This document shows, piece by piece, positions 12,249 to 22,614 of a stretch of 64,000 nt of DNA. Each line of letters begins with the position of its first letter. Position 1 is the first letter of the stretch. This stretch comes from Macrostomum lignano. Taxonomy: Eukaryota. The notes below the pieces were generated by a model. That model was not told the DNA's origin. It made no database searches and worked only from the letters and a program-made list of their open reading frames with translations. The stretch spans positions 880,460 through 944,459 of the forward strand of contig NIVC01000073.1 of NCBI GenBank assembly GCA_002269645.1. Reading direction: 5' to 3'. The position numbers and the translations under genes were made by a program.

Positions 12249-14153
12249 TCAGTCAGCTGTCGGGGGCACACCTCTTGTCAGCGTGCAGTTCAGGTTGCTG
12301 AAGTGACGAGACATGTTCGTACTTCTATAATAGTTGATCAGTCCTTCCATGGTGGGGAACCAGCGCTTCTGGTTGAGGCCCAGTCCGTACTGGCCGTCCT
12401 TTCGGAGTATCTCAATATGTACAACGTCGCCTGAGACATTGAGAGACAGCACTCTGCCCTCATCACTGCTGCCTTTCGGTCGAATTAGAAAGGCGCCGTT
12501 CTCTTTGTACTTGAGCAGCTCGGCCGCTCTATCTCGGTTCGCTGTTCGATGAAAGAAGTCTTCCGAACAAAAATTCGACGGCTGAGAGATGCGCCGTGGC
12601 TGGCAATTCTTTTTGGCTTGGGCCTCGAAGCAGGCCCGGTCAACACGGCAGCCGCAGTTGTTGCACAGGTAGCCCTGCAGTACGGTGCCGTTCATGATAC
12701 CGCCGCAGCCCTGGCATTCCGTGCCAGACGAGAATGTAGTGAGCTTGAACTCGTGCCCGTTCTTATCCCAGCCAGTTGGGAAACAGTCGGCCTTGGCCTT
12801 ATTGAGCAACTCGATCCAATCAGCCGGGTCGGCATCCCGCGGTGACTTGTGCTTCTCGAGCTTCAACCGAGCCCCGGCCTCGAGAGCAATCTCCAGAGTT
12901 GTCGCGTCCTTGCGTTTCACGCCCTGCACCTGATCCATTGGCACGGACATCCAATGGCACAGAGGATCTTTCTTCGTAGCTCTGGACGCTACAAAGAGAT
13001 ACTTGGTTGTGAGAATGCAGTTGCACAGCTCTCTGATCTCCTTGCGCTCCCCCTGGCTGCCCGAGGCCCGGTAGCGAACACGAAACGACGCGTCCGCCTG
13101 CAGCAGCCCGATCTCGGACGGCTGCCTGAGCTCCGCCTTCAGACCAGTAACCTCGGACAGCACCACGATGGTGTCGTCAGTCTGTTGAGCCTCGCTCTGG
13201 TAGACGTCGGCCCTAGTCAGCAGGGACTTCAGGTCGGAGAGAGCCTTGGACACGGATGGCAGAGTTTCTGGAGCCTCCTTTTTAGCGGTCTTTTCTAACC
13301 GGATGAAAAGCTGCTGGTAGTTGGGCAGCTGACGAATTGGAGCGTCGTAAACGTAGTTAAAGGTGTTTGGGTCACAGATAAGCTTCTCAAGCATCTCCAA
13401 CTGGTCGTTCTTCTCAGGAAACCGCTCCAATTCGGCCTTCAATCTAGCATTAGCCGTTGGCAGGTGCGAAAAATACTGAAAATAGATTTCAATTCGAGGC
13501 AGCATGCCGGCGAATACGGAGGAAATGTTCTGGCAGAAGTGCTCGCAACCCTTCGAAGCTAGAGCGGTGAGCTTGCTGTGGAGCTGCTTGTGCAGCAGGT
13601 AGAGCTGGTCAGTGTACCTGAACACAACAGCGACCAGCTCCTCGTCCCATTCGGACAGGATGCCCAGGAGTTCTTTGCGAAATAGTAGCACTTTGAGCAG
13701 CTTCTCAGTGAGCTGCCTCTCGTGATCGCAGATCTCCTGCACAACATTGGCCAGGATTCCGCTGTCTCGCGATTGAGCAGCTTTCGATCTCCGCTGGAGC
13801 AGGCCGTGCAAAACCCACACGACGCGATCGGGGTCGTTCATCTCTACGAGGTCGTCCACTTCGAACAGCTCCTTCTCGCTGGTGCCGAATGCGGTCCAGC
13901 ATTGACGCAGGAAGTTGCGAATATTGCGCCTGGCCAACAGCTGCGAGTTGCGCATGTAGTAGGACGTGTAGGCCACCTCGGCCAGGTCCTGTCCTTGGCT
14001 CAGCTCTGCCAGCACGCTGCAAAGAATCTCGCCATCGCTTAGCAACTCGCACAGCTCCGAAGAGGTGGCGCACCCGTCTGCAAAGTCTGGCGACGATAGC
14101 AGAGCTCGGATATGCTCGATGCACTCCTTGACTCGCCGGCTTTCAACTGACAT
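12249..14153 (-). CDS. Vav-like Rho-family GEF (CH-DH-PH-C1-SH2), intronless coding region, divergent, 634 aa
   Basis: CH: LSDGEILCSVL...SQLLARRNIRNFLRQC...ELFEVDDL. DH: PIRQLPNYQQLFIRLEK. A PH-like segment follows. C1: HEFKLTTFSSGTECQGC...GYLCNNC. SH2: GAFLIR...HIEI...LINYY...NMSRHFSNLNCTL. This domain order is diagnostic of the Vav family. Confidence 0.85.
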   Translation of the reverse strand: MSVESRRVKECIEHIRALLSSPDFADGCATSSELCELLSDGEILCSVLAELSQGQDLAEVAYTSYYMRNSQLLARRNIRNFLRQCWTAFGTSEKELFEVDDLVEMNDPDRVVWVLHGLLQRRSKAAQSRDSGILANVVQEICDHERQLTEKLLKVLLFRKELLGILSEWDEELVAVVFRYTDQLYLLHKQLHSKLTALASKGCEHFCQNISSVFAGMLPRIEIYFQYFSHLPTANARLKAELERFPEKNDQLEMLEKLICDPNTFNYVYDAPIRQLPNYQQLFIRLEKTAKKEAPETLPSVSKALSDLKSLLTRADVYQSEAQQTDDTIVVLSEVTGLKAELRQPSEIGLLQADASFRVRYRASGSQGERKEIRELCNCILTTKYLFVASRATKKDPLCHWMSVPMDQVQGVKRKDATTLEIALEAGARLKLEKHKSPRDADPADWIELLNKAKADCFPTGWDKNGHEFKLTTFSSGTECQGCGGIMNGTVLQGYLCNNCGCRVDRACFEAQAKKNCQPRRISQPSNFCSEDFFHRTANRDRAAELLKYKENGAFLIRPKGSSDEGRVLSLNVSGDVVHIEILRKDGQYGLGLNQKRWFPTMEGLINYYRSTNMSRHFSNLNCTLTRGVPPTAD

Positions 14154-15045
14154 GGCCTCTGGAAGCCGAAGTTAGCGTCAAATTTGGATAAAAAAACAGT
14201 ATTATTTGAGAAGGTTTTGGTAGAAACTTCTCGCTGACACTTTATACAGCAACTTACAGTAAGTCTGCCTCTTCCAACAGTGTACACTCGTTGAAAGCCA
14301 TTGTGCAAAACTATTATATTGTGCTGTACAAAGTTCGCGGCTTTTTATAGTAATTAAACTGTACTGAAAGCAGCTGCAGGATAGAAAAGAATGGATGCAG
14401 GGGCCGGGCGAGACAGGTCGAACTTCGGTTGTCACTTGCTTACCTCCTCATTAGCTTGCGAAGTTCTGCCTTTGACTGTCTGCCAAAAGACTAACTAAAT
14501 TGTTATTTTCTTCTTACTCGTAATACAGGTGCCAGTTGAATAAGCAATGAGCAGACTTCGCCTCAGCCTCTTGGTAGGCGCGATCCTGTCTCCTAGACAG
14601 GTGGGTGCCACATCCAAGAGATAGCAAACTTTCAAAAGCTGTCATTCGTCGAGATTAACCAGCCTGCAATTTTTTACCGGCTATTGTGGAGGGGGACCTC
14701 TGCCCCCCTCTGCGTACGTTACGCTTTTTCTTAAGAGTCAACCGCCCAAAATTATCACTGGGCCACTCTGTCCCTCTCTTAAAATTGAACTTTAGACGAA
14801 CTTCACGAACGGGCACATCATTCACTTAATGTAATACTAATAGTAGAAAAAAGTCACGAGAGCAAAGTAGAGCCAAGTATGAATAGAATTCATATATTTC
14901 TGACAATTTTTCACGGGTGTTAGCAACTAGCAGGACAATCACCAACCAGCAGACAAACGGAAGCTAACGAAGGCCCTGAAGCCGGCGATAACGGCGCAGT
15001 CTCGGACAGCTCACAACTGGCGAGAGGCATTACTGCCCACTCCGC

Positions 15046-15420
15046 AGACTCCCCTGAGCAGGCACACTAGCGCTCGGATACGTACGCGGTCATACGCACA
15101 GGAACACTCACACAGGAGTGTACAGCGGCCCTAACTTTATTTATCGTTAGGCATGTACACTTCACTGTGCCTTGGGGGTTGGTTCTCAAGCTGGGCGTTA
15201 ATTGCACGAGCAGAGCCAAGCCGAGATTCCAATTCAGCCCCAAATTAATGTGACTGCACTTGGAATCGAGCCTGGGCCGCTGGCACATCACATTGACCAC
15301 ATGGACCATGCACTGGGCTACGGCAGCCTGTCAGTTGTACCTCTCTCACCTGCCACGGGTCGATCACACTGATTCAGGGGTTTTTATTTGAGCCCTGACT
15401 TTCTAATCGTCAGGCATGTA
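15046..15420 (+). mobile_element. Dispersed modular repeat, copy 1 (unclassified non-autonomous element)
   Basis: About 230 bp of high identity to the reverse complement of 39987-40284 (GCGCTCGGATACGTACGC...CTGGGCCGCTGGCAC); also shares blocks with 34326-34465 and 36928-36982. Confidence 0.75.
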
Positions 15421-15934
15421 GACTTAAATTTTTCAGAGTATTTTTTGCATCGATGCATTCAGACTACTACTACTCTATAGTAAGTAATAAGTATGATCGT
15501 GTCCGTGTGCTGTTTTACACAACTAGACTATATAACAGCCTGTCACTTTCACAATGTTTATTTTCAAATTCACAGATCGAATGAAACAAATCGAATTTGG
15601 ACCTCTCCAGTTAATTAAAAAGGAGGTACATAAGTTTATGCATAAAAAGAAGAGTAGTAATTAATAATTATTTTTGAATGACTACAATTGCTTCAGCTCA
15701 ATTTAAGTAGATTTTAATTAAATAAGTAATTTCGAAAACACAGATAACTAAAAACAGACACTAAAAACTGTTAAAAATGACAATGGAAAAGTATAAGAAA
15801 AGTATAAACAGTTCAACGAAAATTGATAAAAATAAACGAACAGACAGAAACTTAAAGACCAACGAAAAATTCCTAGTAGGCAGAGCTCAAACACTACTGT
15901 CTTGAGTAGCTTCTGGAATGTATTCCTACTTCAT

Positions 15935-18900
15935 CTGCTACTCTACCCAATCTGCCGCTCTACCCCATCTGCCACTCTACCCAATCTGCTACTCTACCCA
16001 ATCTGCCGCTCTACCCAATATGCCACCTTACCCAATCTGCAACTCTACCCAATATGCCACTCTACCCAATCTGCCGCTCTACCCCATCTGCCACTCTACC
16101 CAATCTGCTACTCTACCCAATATGCCACTCTACCCAATCTGCCGCTCTACCCCATCTGCCACTCTACCCAATCTGCTACTCTACCCAATATGCCACTCTA
16201 CCCAATCTGCCGCTCTACCCCATCTGCCACTCTACCCAATCTGCTACTCTACCCAATATGCCACTCTACCCAATCTGCCGCTCTACCCCATCTGCCACTC
16301 TACCCAATCTGCTACTCTACCCAATATGCCACTCTACCCAATCTGCCGCTCTACCCCATCTGCCACTCTACCCAATCTGCTACTCTACCCAATATGCCAC
16401 TCTACCCAATCTGCTACTCTACCCAATCTGCCGCTCTACCCCATCTGCCACTCTACCCAATCTGCTACTCTACCCAATCTGCCGCTCTACCCCATCTGCC
16501 ACTCTACCCAATCTGCTACTCTACCCAATCTGCCACTCTACCCCATCTGTCACTCTACCTTATCTGACTCTACCTTATCTGTCACTCTACCTTATCTGTC
16601 ACTCTACCTTATCTGACTCTACCTTATCTGTCACTCTACCCCATCTGCCACTCTACCTTATCTGGTACTCTACCCAATCTGCCACTCTACCCCATCTGCC
16701 ACTCTACCCAATCTGCCACTCTACCCAATCTGCCACTCTACCCAATCTGCCGCTCTACCCAATCTGCCGCTCTACCCAATCTGCCACTCTACATTATCTG
16801 CTACTCTACCTAATCTGCCACTCTACCTTATCTGGTACTCTACCCAATCTGCCACTCTACCCCATCTGCCACTCTACCCAATCTGCCACTCTACCCAATC
16901 TGCCACTCTACCCAATCTGCCGCTCTACCCAATCTGCTACTCTACCCAATATGCCACTCTACCCAATCTGCCACTCTACCCAATCTGCTACTCTACCCCA
17001 TCTGCCACTCTACCCAATCTGCTACTCTACCCCATCTGCCGCTCTACCCCATCTGCCACTCTACCCAATCTGCTACTCTACCCAATATGCCACTCTACCC
17101 AATCTGCTACTCTACCCAATCTGCTACTCTACCCAATATGCCACCTTACCCAATCTGCTACTCTACCCAATATGCCACTCTACCCAATCTGCTACTCTAC
17201 CCAATCTGCCGCTCTACCCCATCTGCCACTCTACCCAATCTGCTACTCTACCCAATCTGCCACTCTACCCCATCTGTCACTCTACCTTATCTGACTCTAC
17301 CTTATCTGTCACTCTACCTTATCTGTCACTCTACCTTATCTGACTCTACCTTATCTGTCACTCTACCCCATCTGCCACTCTACCTTATCTGGTACTCTAC
17401 CCAATCTGCCACTCTACCCCATCTGCCACTCTACCTTATCTGGTACTCTACCCAATCTGCCACTCTACCCCATCTGCCACTCTACCCAATCTGCCACTCT
17501 ACCCAATCTGCCACTCTACCCAATCTGCCGCTCTACCCAATCTGCCGCTCTACCCAATCTGCCACTCTACCTTATCTGCTACTCTACCTAATCTGCCACT
17601 CTACCTTATCTGGTACTCTACCCAATCTGCCACTCTACCCAATCTGCCACTCTACCCAATCTGCCGCTCTACCCCATCTGCCACTCTACCCAATCTGCTA
17701 CTCTACCCAATCTGCCACTCTACCCCATCTGTCACTCTACCTTATCTGACTCTACCTTATCTGTCACTCTACCTTATCTGTCACTCTACCTTATCTGACT
17801 CTACCTTATCTGTCACTCTACCCCATCTGCCACTCTACCTTATCTGGTACTCTACCCAATCTGCCACTCTACCCCATCTGCCACTCTACCCAATATGCCG
17901 CTCTACCCAATCTGCCGCTCTACCCAATCTGCCACTCTACCTTATCTGCTACTCTACCTAATCTGCCACTCTACCTTATCTGGTACTCTACCCAATCTGC
18001 CACTCTACCCCATCTGCCACTCTACCCAATCTGCCACTCTACCCAATCTGCCACTCTACCCAATCTGCCGCTCTACCCAATCTGCTACTCTACCCAATAT
18101 GCCACTCTACCCAATCTGCCACTCTACCCAATCTGCTACTCTACCCCATCTGCCACTCTACCCAATCTGCTACTCTACCCAATATGCCGCTCTACCCCAT
18201 CTGCCACTCTACCCAATCTGCTACTCTACCCAAAATGCCACTCTACCCAATCTGCTACTCTACCCAATCTGCTACTCTACCCAATATGCCACCTTACCCA
18301 ATCTGCTACTCTACCCAATATGCCACTCTACCCAATCTGCTACTCTACCCAATCTGCCGCTCTACCCCATCTGCCACTCTACCCAATCTGCTACTCTACC
18401 CAATCTGCCACTCTACCCCATCTGTCACTCTACCTTATCTGACTCTACCTTATCTGTCACTCTACCTTATCTGTCACTCTACCTTATCTGACTCTACCTT
18501 ATCTGTCACTCTACCCCATCTGCCACTCTACCTTATCTGGTACTCTACCCAATCTGCCACTCTACCCCATCTGCCACTCTACCTTATCTGGTACTCTACC
18601 CAATCTGCCACTCTACCCCATCTGCCACTTTACCCAATCTGCCACTCTACCCAATCTGCCACTCTACCCAATCTGCCGCTCTACCCAATCTGCCGCTCTA
18701 CCCAATCTGCCACTCTACCTTATCTGCTACTCTACCTAATCTGCCACTCTACCTTATCTGGTACTCTACCCAATCTGCCACTCTACCCCATCTGCCACTC
18801 TACCCAATCTGCCACTCTACCCAATCTGCCACTCTACCCAATCTGCCGCTCTACCCAATCTGCCGCTCTACCCAATATGCCACTCTACCCAATCTGCTAC

Positions 18901-19645
18901 TCTACCCAATATGCCACTCTACCCCATCTGTCACTCTACCTTATCTGACTCTACCTTATCTGTCACTCTACCTTATCTGTCACTCTACCTTATCTGACTC
19001 TACCTTATCTGTCACTCTACCCCATCTGCCACTCTACCTTATCTGGTACTCTACCCAATCTGCCACTCTACCCCATCTGCCACTCTACCCAATCTGCCAC
19101 TCTACCCAATCTGCCACTCTACCCAATCTGCCGCTCTACCCAATCTGCCGCTCTACCCAATATGCCACTCTACCCAATCTGCTACTCTACCCAATATGCC
19201 ACTCTACCCCATCTGTCACTCTACCTTATCTGACTCTACCTTATCTGTCACTCTACCTTATCTGTCACTCTACCTTATCTGACTCTACCTTATCTGTCAC
19301 TCTACCCCATCTGCCACTCTACCTTATCTGGTACTCTACCCAATCTGCCACTCTACCCCATCTGCCACTCTACCCAATCTGCCACTCTACCCAATCTGCC
19401 ACTCTACCCAATCTGCCGCTCTACCCAATCTGCCGCTCTACCCAATCTGCCACTCTACTCCATCTGTCACTCTACCTTATCTGTCACTCTACCTTATCTG
19501 TCGCTCTACCTTATCTGTCACTCTACTTTATCTGTCACTCTACTTTATCTGTCACTCTACCTTATCTGTCACTCTACCTTATCTGTCACTCTACCTTATC
19601 TGTCACTCTACCCAATCTGCCACTCTACTCAATCCGCCACTCCAC
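15935..19645. repeat. 3.7-kb tandem array, 17-bp unit CTCTACCCAATCTGCCA, with higher-order variant blocks
   Basis: More than 200 units; a block of CCTTATCTGTCA/CCTTATCTGA variants recurs about six times. Confidence 0.97.
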
Positions 19646-19649
19646 CCCA

Positions 19650-20375
19650 TCAGCCGGTCAGCACCTTGACAAACTTGCGCCAGTCGGGATTCTTCTCAAT
19701 GCCATCCCCAACGCTCGCATCCGAATAGTCCAACATGCGGCAGCGGCCCAGCTTTGTGTTGACCAGCGCGGCCCGGCACTCCCAGCGGGAGGCGCAGGCG
19801 TCCAAACAGCGGAACAAGCCGGCCTTCACATCTTTCTCAACCTCAATATCCGTGGAGCAGTAGAATGGAGTAATATCACCCAGCTGCAGGAAGTCGGCCG
19901 GCTCAAAAGTGCTGCTGTTTGGCGTCTGCACAGGCTGGCACAGGCAGGCCTTCTTACATTTAGTACAGGCGTCCCTCAGACCGTTTCCCCTGACGGCCAT
20001 GCAGTCGTCGTTCTGGGATTGGTCGTCCGGCATGCCTGACTCCCAGTCGGAATCGCCCAGTTCGGGCAGCTGGGTGCCGTTGGCCCACAGCCAGCCGGTG
20101 CGGTTGCGGTAGCGCTCGACTAAGAAGTCGTTGGCGCCGATCCAGAGCTGCGAGCCGCCAATCAGCGGCCTGACGGCTCTGGCGCGCTCGATGCCGAGTG
20201 CCAGCTCCCCGTTGATGCTCTGGCAGAACTTGGCCGAGTCCCACCAGGACCGCTTTGTGTCCGACAGGTTCCAGAACAGGCAGAACCCATTCACCAGGGT
20301 GTAGGGTGATGGACAGGCGGCCAAGGAGGCTGGAAGGATCACCAGCGCGATGATGACTGCGAATGGTTTCTTCAT
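19650..20375 (-). CDS. Secreted C-type lectin plus PAN/apple-like protein, intronless coding region, 241 aa; paralog of 9046-9864
   Basis: Signal peptide MKKPFAVIIALVILPASLA; CPSPYTLVNGFC...SWWDSAKFCQSINGEL...LWIGAND...GWLWANG...W...PDD...DDC. The C-terminal RC..SD..E.PDW.K.V motif is shared with the first lectin. Confidence 0.88.
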   Translation of the reverse strand: MKKPFAVIIALVILPASLAACPSPYTLVNGFCLFWNLSDTKRSWWDSAKFCQSINGELALGIERARAVRPLIGGSQLWIGANDFLVERYRNRTGWLWANGTQLPELGDSDWESGMPDDQSQNDDCMAVRGNGLRDACTKCKKACLCQPVQTPNSSTFEPADFLQLGDITPFYCSTDIEVEKDVKAGLFRCLDACASRWECRAALVNTKLGRCRMLDYSDASVGDGIEKNPDWRKFVKVLTG

Positions 20376-20805
20376 GACGAAATTTGTCGTATGGCAGATT
20401 CAACTGTTCGCTCCAGCCTCAGACTGACTTTGATGACGGCCGACAGAATATATAAATTGCTCTGGCTCTAGAATTCCTTTGTCTAAAGCGGATCACTTCT
20501 CTGTTTGCTTAGCAACAGAAAGATATCAGATTAAAAAATTGCTTACTCCTGTCTGCGCCCCCTTGGTTTATCTTGATTGCCATGCAATAAATGCTCTGAG
20601 AATCTGGGAATCGCCATCAAAGGCTTCCAGCCGCCGAACCTGTTTTTCTCTATTGTTTGTTTTATTGTTTCAATACAATGCTTCTGGTAGAAAATGATAG
20701 AAAAATCATTTGATAAAGAATTGGCTAGACTATACGAGTATCTCCTTTAAATTGAAGCAGATCCCACACTGCAAATCGATGCGGGTTAACCTATATGAAT
20801 TTGTG

Positions 20806-21335
20806 ACAGGCGGCCCAACCTAGATGATTTTGTGACAGGCGGCCCAACCTAGATGAATTTGTGACAGGCGGCCCAACCTAGATGAATTTGTGACAGGCGG
20901 CCCAACCTAGATGAATTTGTGACAGGCGGCCCAACCTAGATGAATTTGTGACAGGCGGCCCAACCTAGATGATTTTGTGACAGGCGGCCCAACCTAGATG
21001 ATTTTGTGACAGGCGGCCCAACCTAGATGAATTTGTGACAGGCGGCCCAACCTAGATGATTTTGTGACAGGCGGCCCAACCTAGATGAATTTGTGACAGG
21101 CGGCCCAACCTAGATGATTTTGTGACAGGCGGCCCAACCTAGATGATTTTGTGACAGGCGGCCCAACCTAGATGAATTTGTGACAGATGCCCCAACCTAG
21201 ATGAATTTGTGACAGATGCCCCAACCTAGATAAATTTGTGACAGGCGCCCCAACCTAGATGGATTTGTGACAGGTGCCCCAACCTAGATGGATTTGTGAC
21301 AGGTGCCCCAACCTAGATGAGTTTGTGACAGGCGC
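20806..21335. repeat. Tandem array, 29-bp unit TGTGACAGGCGGCCCAACCTAGATGAATT
   Basis: About 18 units read directly. Confidence 0.95.
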
Positions 21336-21419
21336 TCATCTTTGCTTATTTTATTTATTTTTATGTTTAACATTGAATCGTTTTTAGCATTTCGTATTTT
21401 TATTGAACTGAGGCTCTGA

Positions 21420-21995
21420 TTCTTAATGAACAGGTGTCATTCTTAATGAACAAGTGTCATTCCTAATGAACAGATGTCATTCTTAATGAACAGGTGTCAT
21501 TCTTATTGAACAGGTGTCATTCTTATTGAACAGGTGTCATTCTTAATGAACAGGTGTCATTCTTAATGAACAGGTGTCATTCTTAGTGAACAGGTGTCAT
21601 TCTTAGTGAACAGGTGTCATTCTTATTGAACAGGTGTCATTCTTAATGAACAGGTGTCATTCTTATTGAACAGGTGTCATTCTTAGTGAACAGGTGTCAT
21701 TCTTATTGAACAGTTGTCATTCTTAGTGAACAGGTGTCATTCTTATTGAACAGGTGTCATTCTTAATGAACAGGTGTCATTCTTATTGAACAGGTGTCAT
21801 TCTTAGTGAACAGGTGTCATTCTTATTGAACAGTTGTCATTCTTAGTGAACAGGTGTCATTCTTATTGAACAGGTGTCATTCTTATTGAACAGGTGTCAT
21901 TCTTAATGAACAGGTGTCATTCTTAATGAACAGGTGTCATTCTGAATGAACAGGTGTCATTCTTAATCAACAGGTGTCATTCCTATTGAACAGGA
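21420..21995. repeat. Tandem array, 20-bp unit TCTTAATGAACAGGTGTCAT
   Basis: About 28 units read directly. Confidence 0.95.
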
Positions 21996-22614
21996 AGCAG
22001 CAGTGATATAAAAGGGGAAAAATAAATAAGAGAATTGAAAGATCCAAAAAAGAAATCTAAAAAAAACATTTAACAATTCATTATTAGCTAAATTTAGTCA
22101 ACTTATTTTTATTTATTATTGATTAAATACTCTGTATTTGGCATAGAACTAAAATAACAACTAGTGCTAGCATACAAAATATATTGGAAAAATGGCAGAC
22201 AACTGTCAATCAATGCATCAATTAAAAATGCCAACCTACAAGAACTGGAAATTTTATCATACATTCATAATTGGTTCAAAATCATAAAGATGGTCAGTCA
22301 ACATACCAAAACGAATTAAACAAACTACATTCATGTGATATAAACTATAACTATAAATCAATTTAATGACGTAATTAAAAAGACTAAAAAAACTGAAATT
22401 TGCATTGAAAAACATACAAATAAAATCGTGACAATTATTACCGAACAATATGAGATTATTGTTTGTGGCTGTAGTGGAAATGCTTAATGCATAATTGATT
22501 CAACTAGGATTACAGAGATACTAGATAGTTTTCGACCTTGATAGTTCTTATTAAGTTGCAAGTCGCATATATTAATATTGATACTCGCAAAATAGTTTGA
22601 GCAGCTTCAGTCTT

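Noticed and set aside
15902-18948. Multiple Pro/Tyr/Cys-rich ORFs
   Set aside because: Products of the 17-bp array, cycling through all frames.
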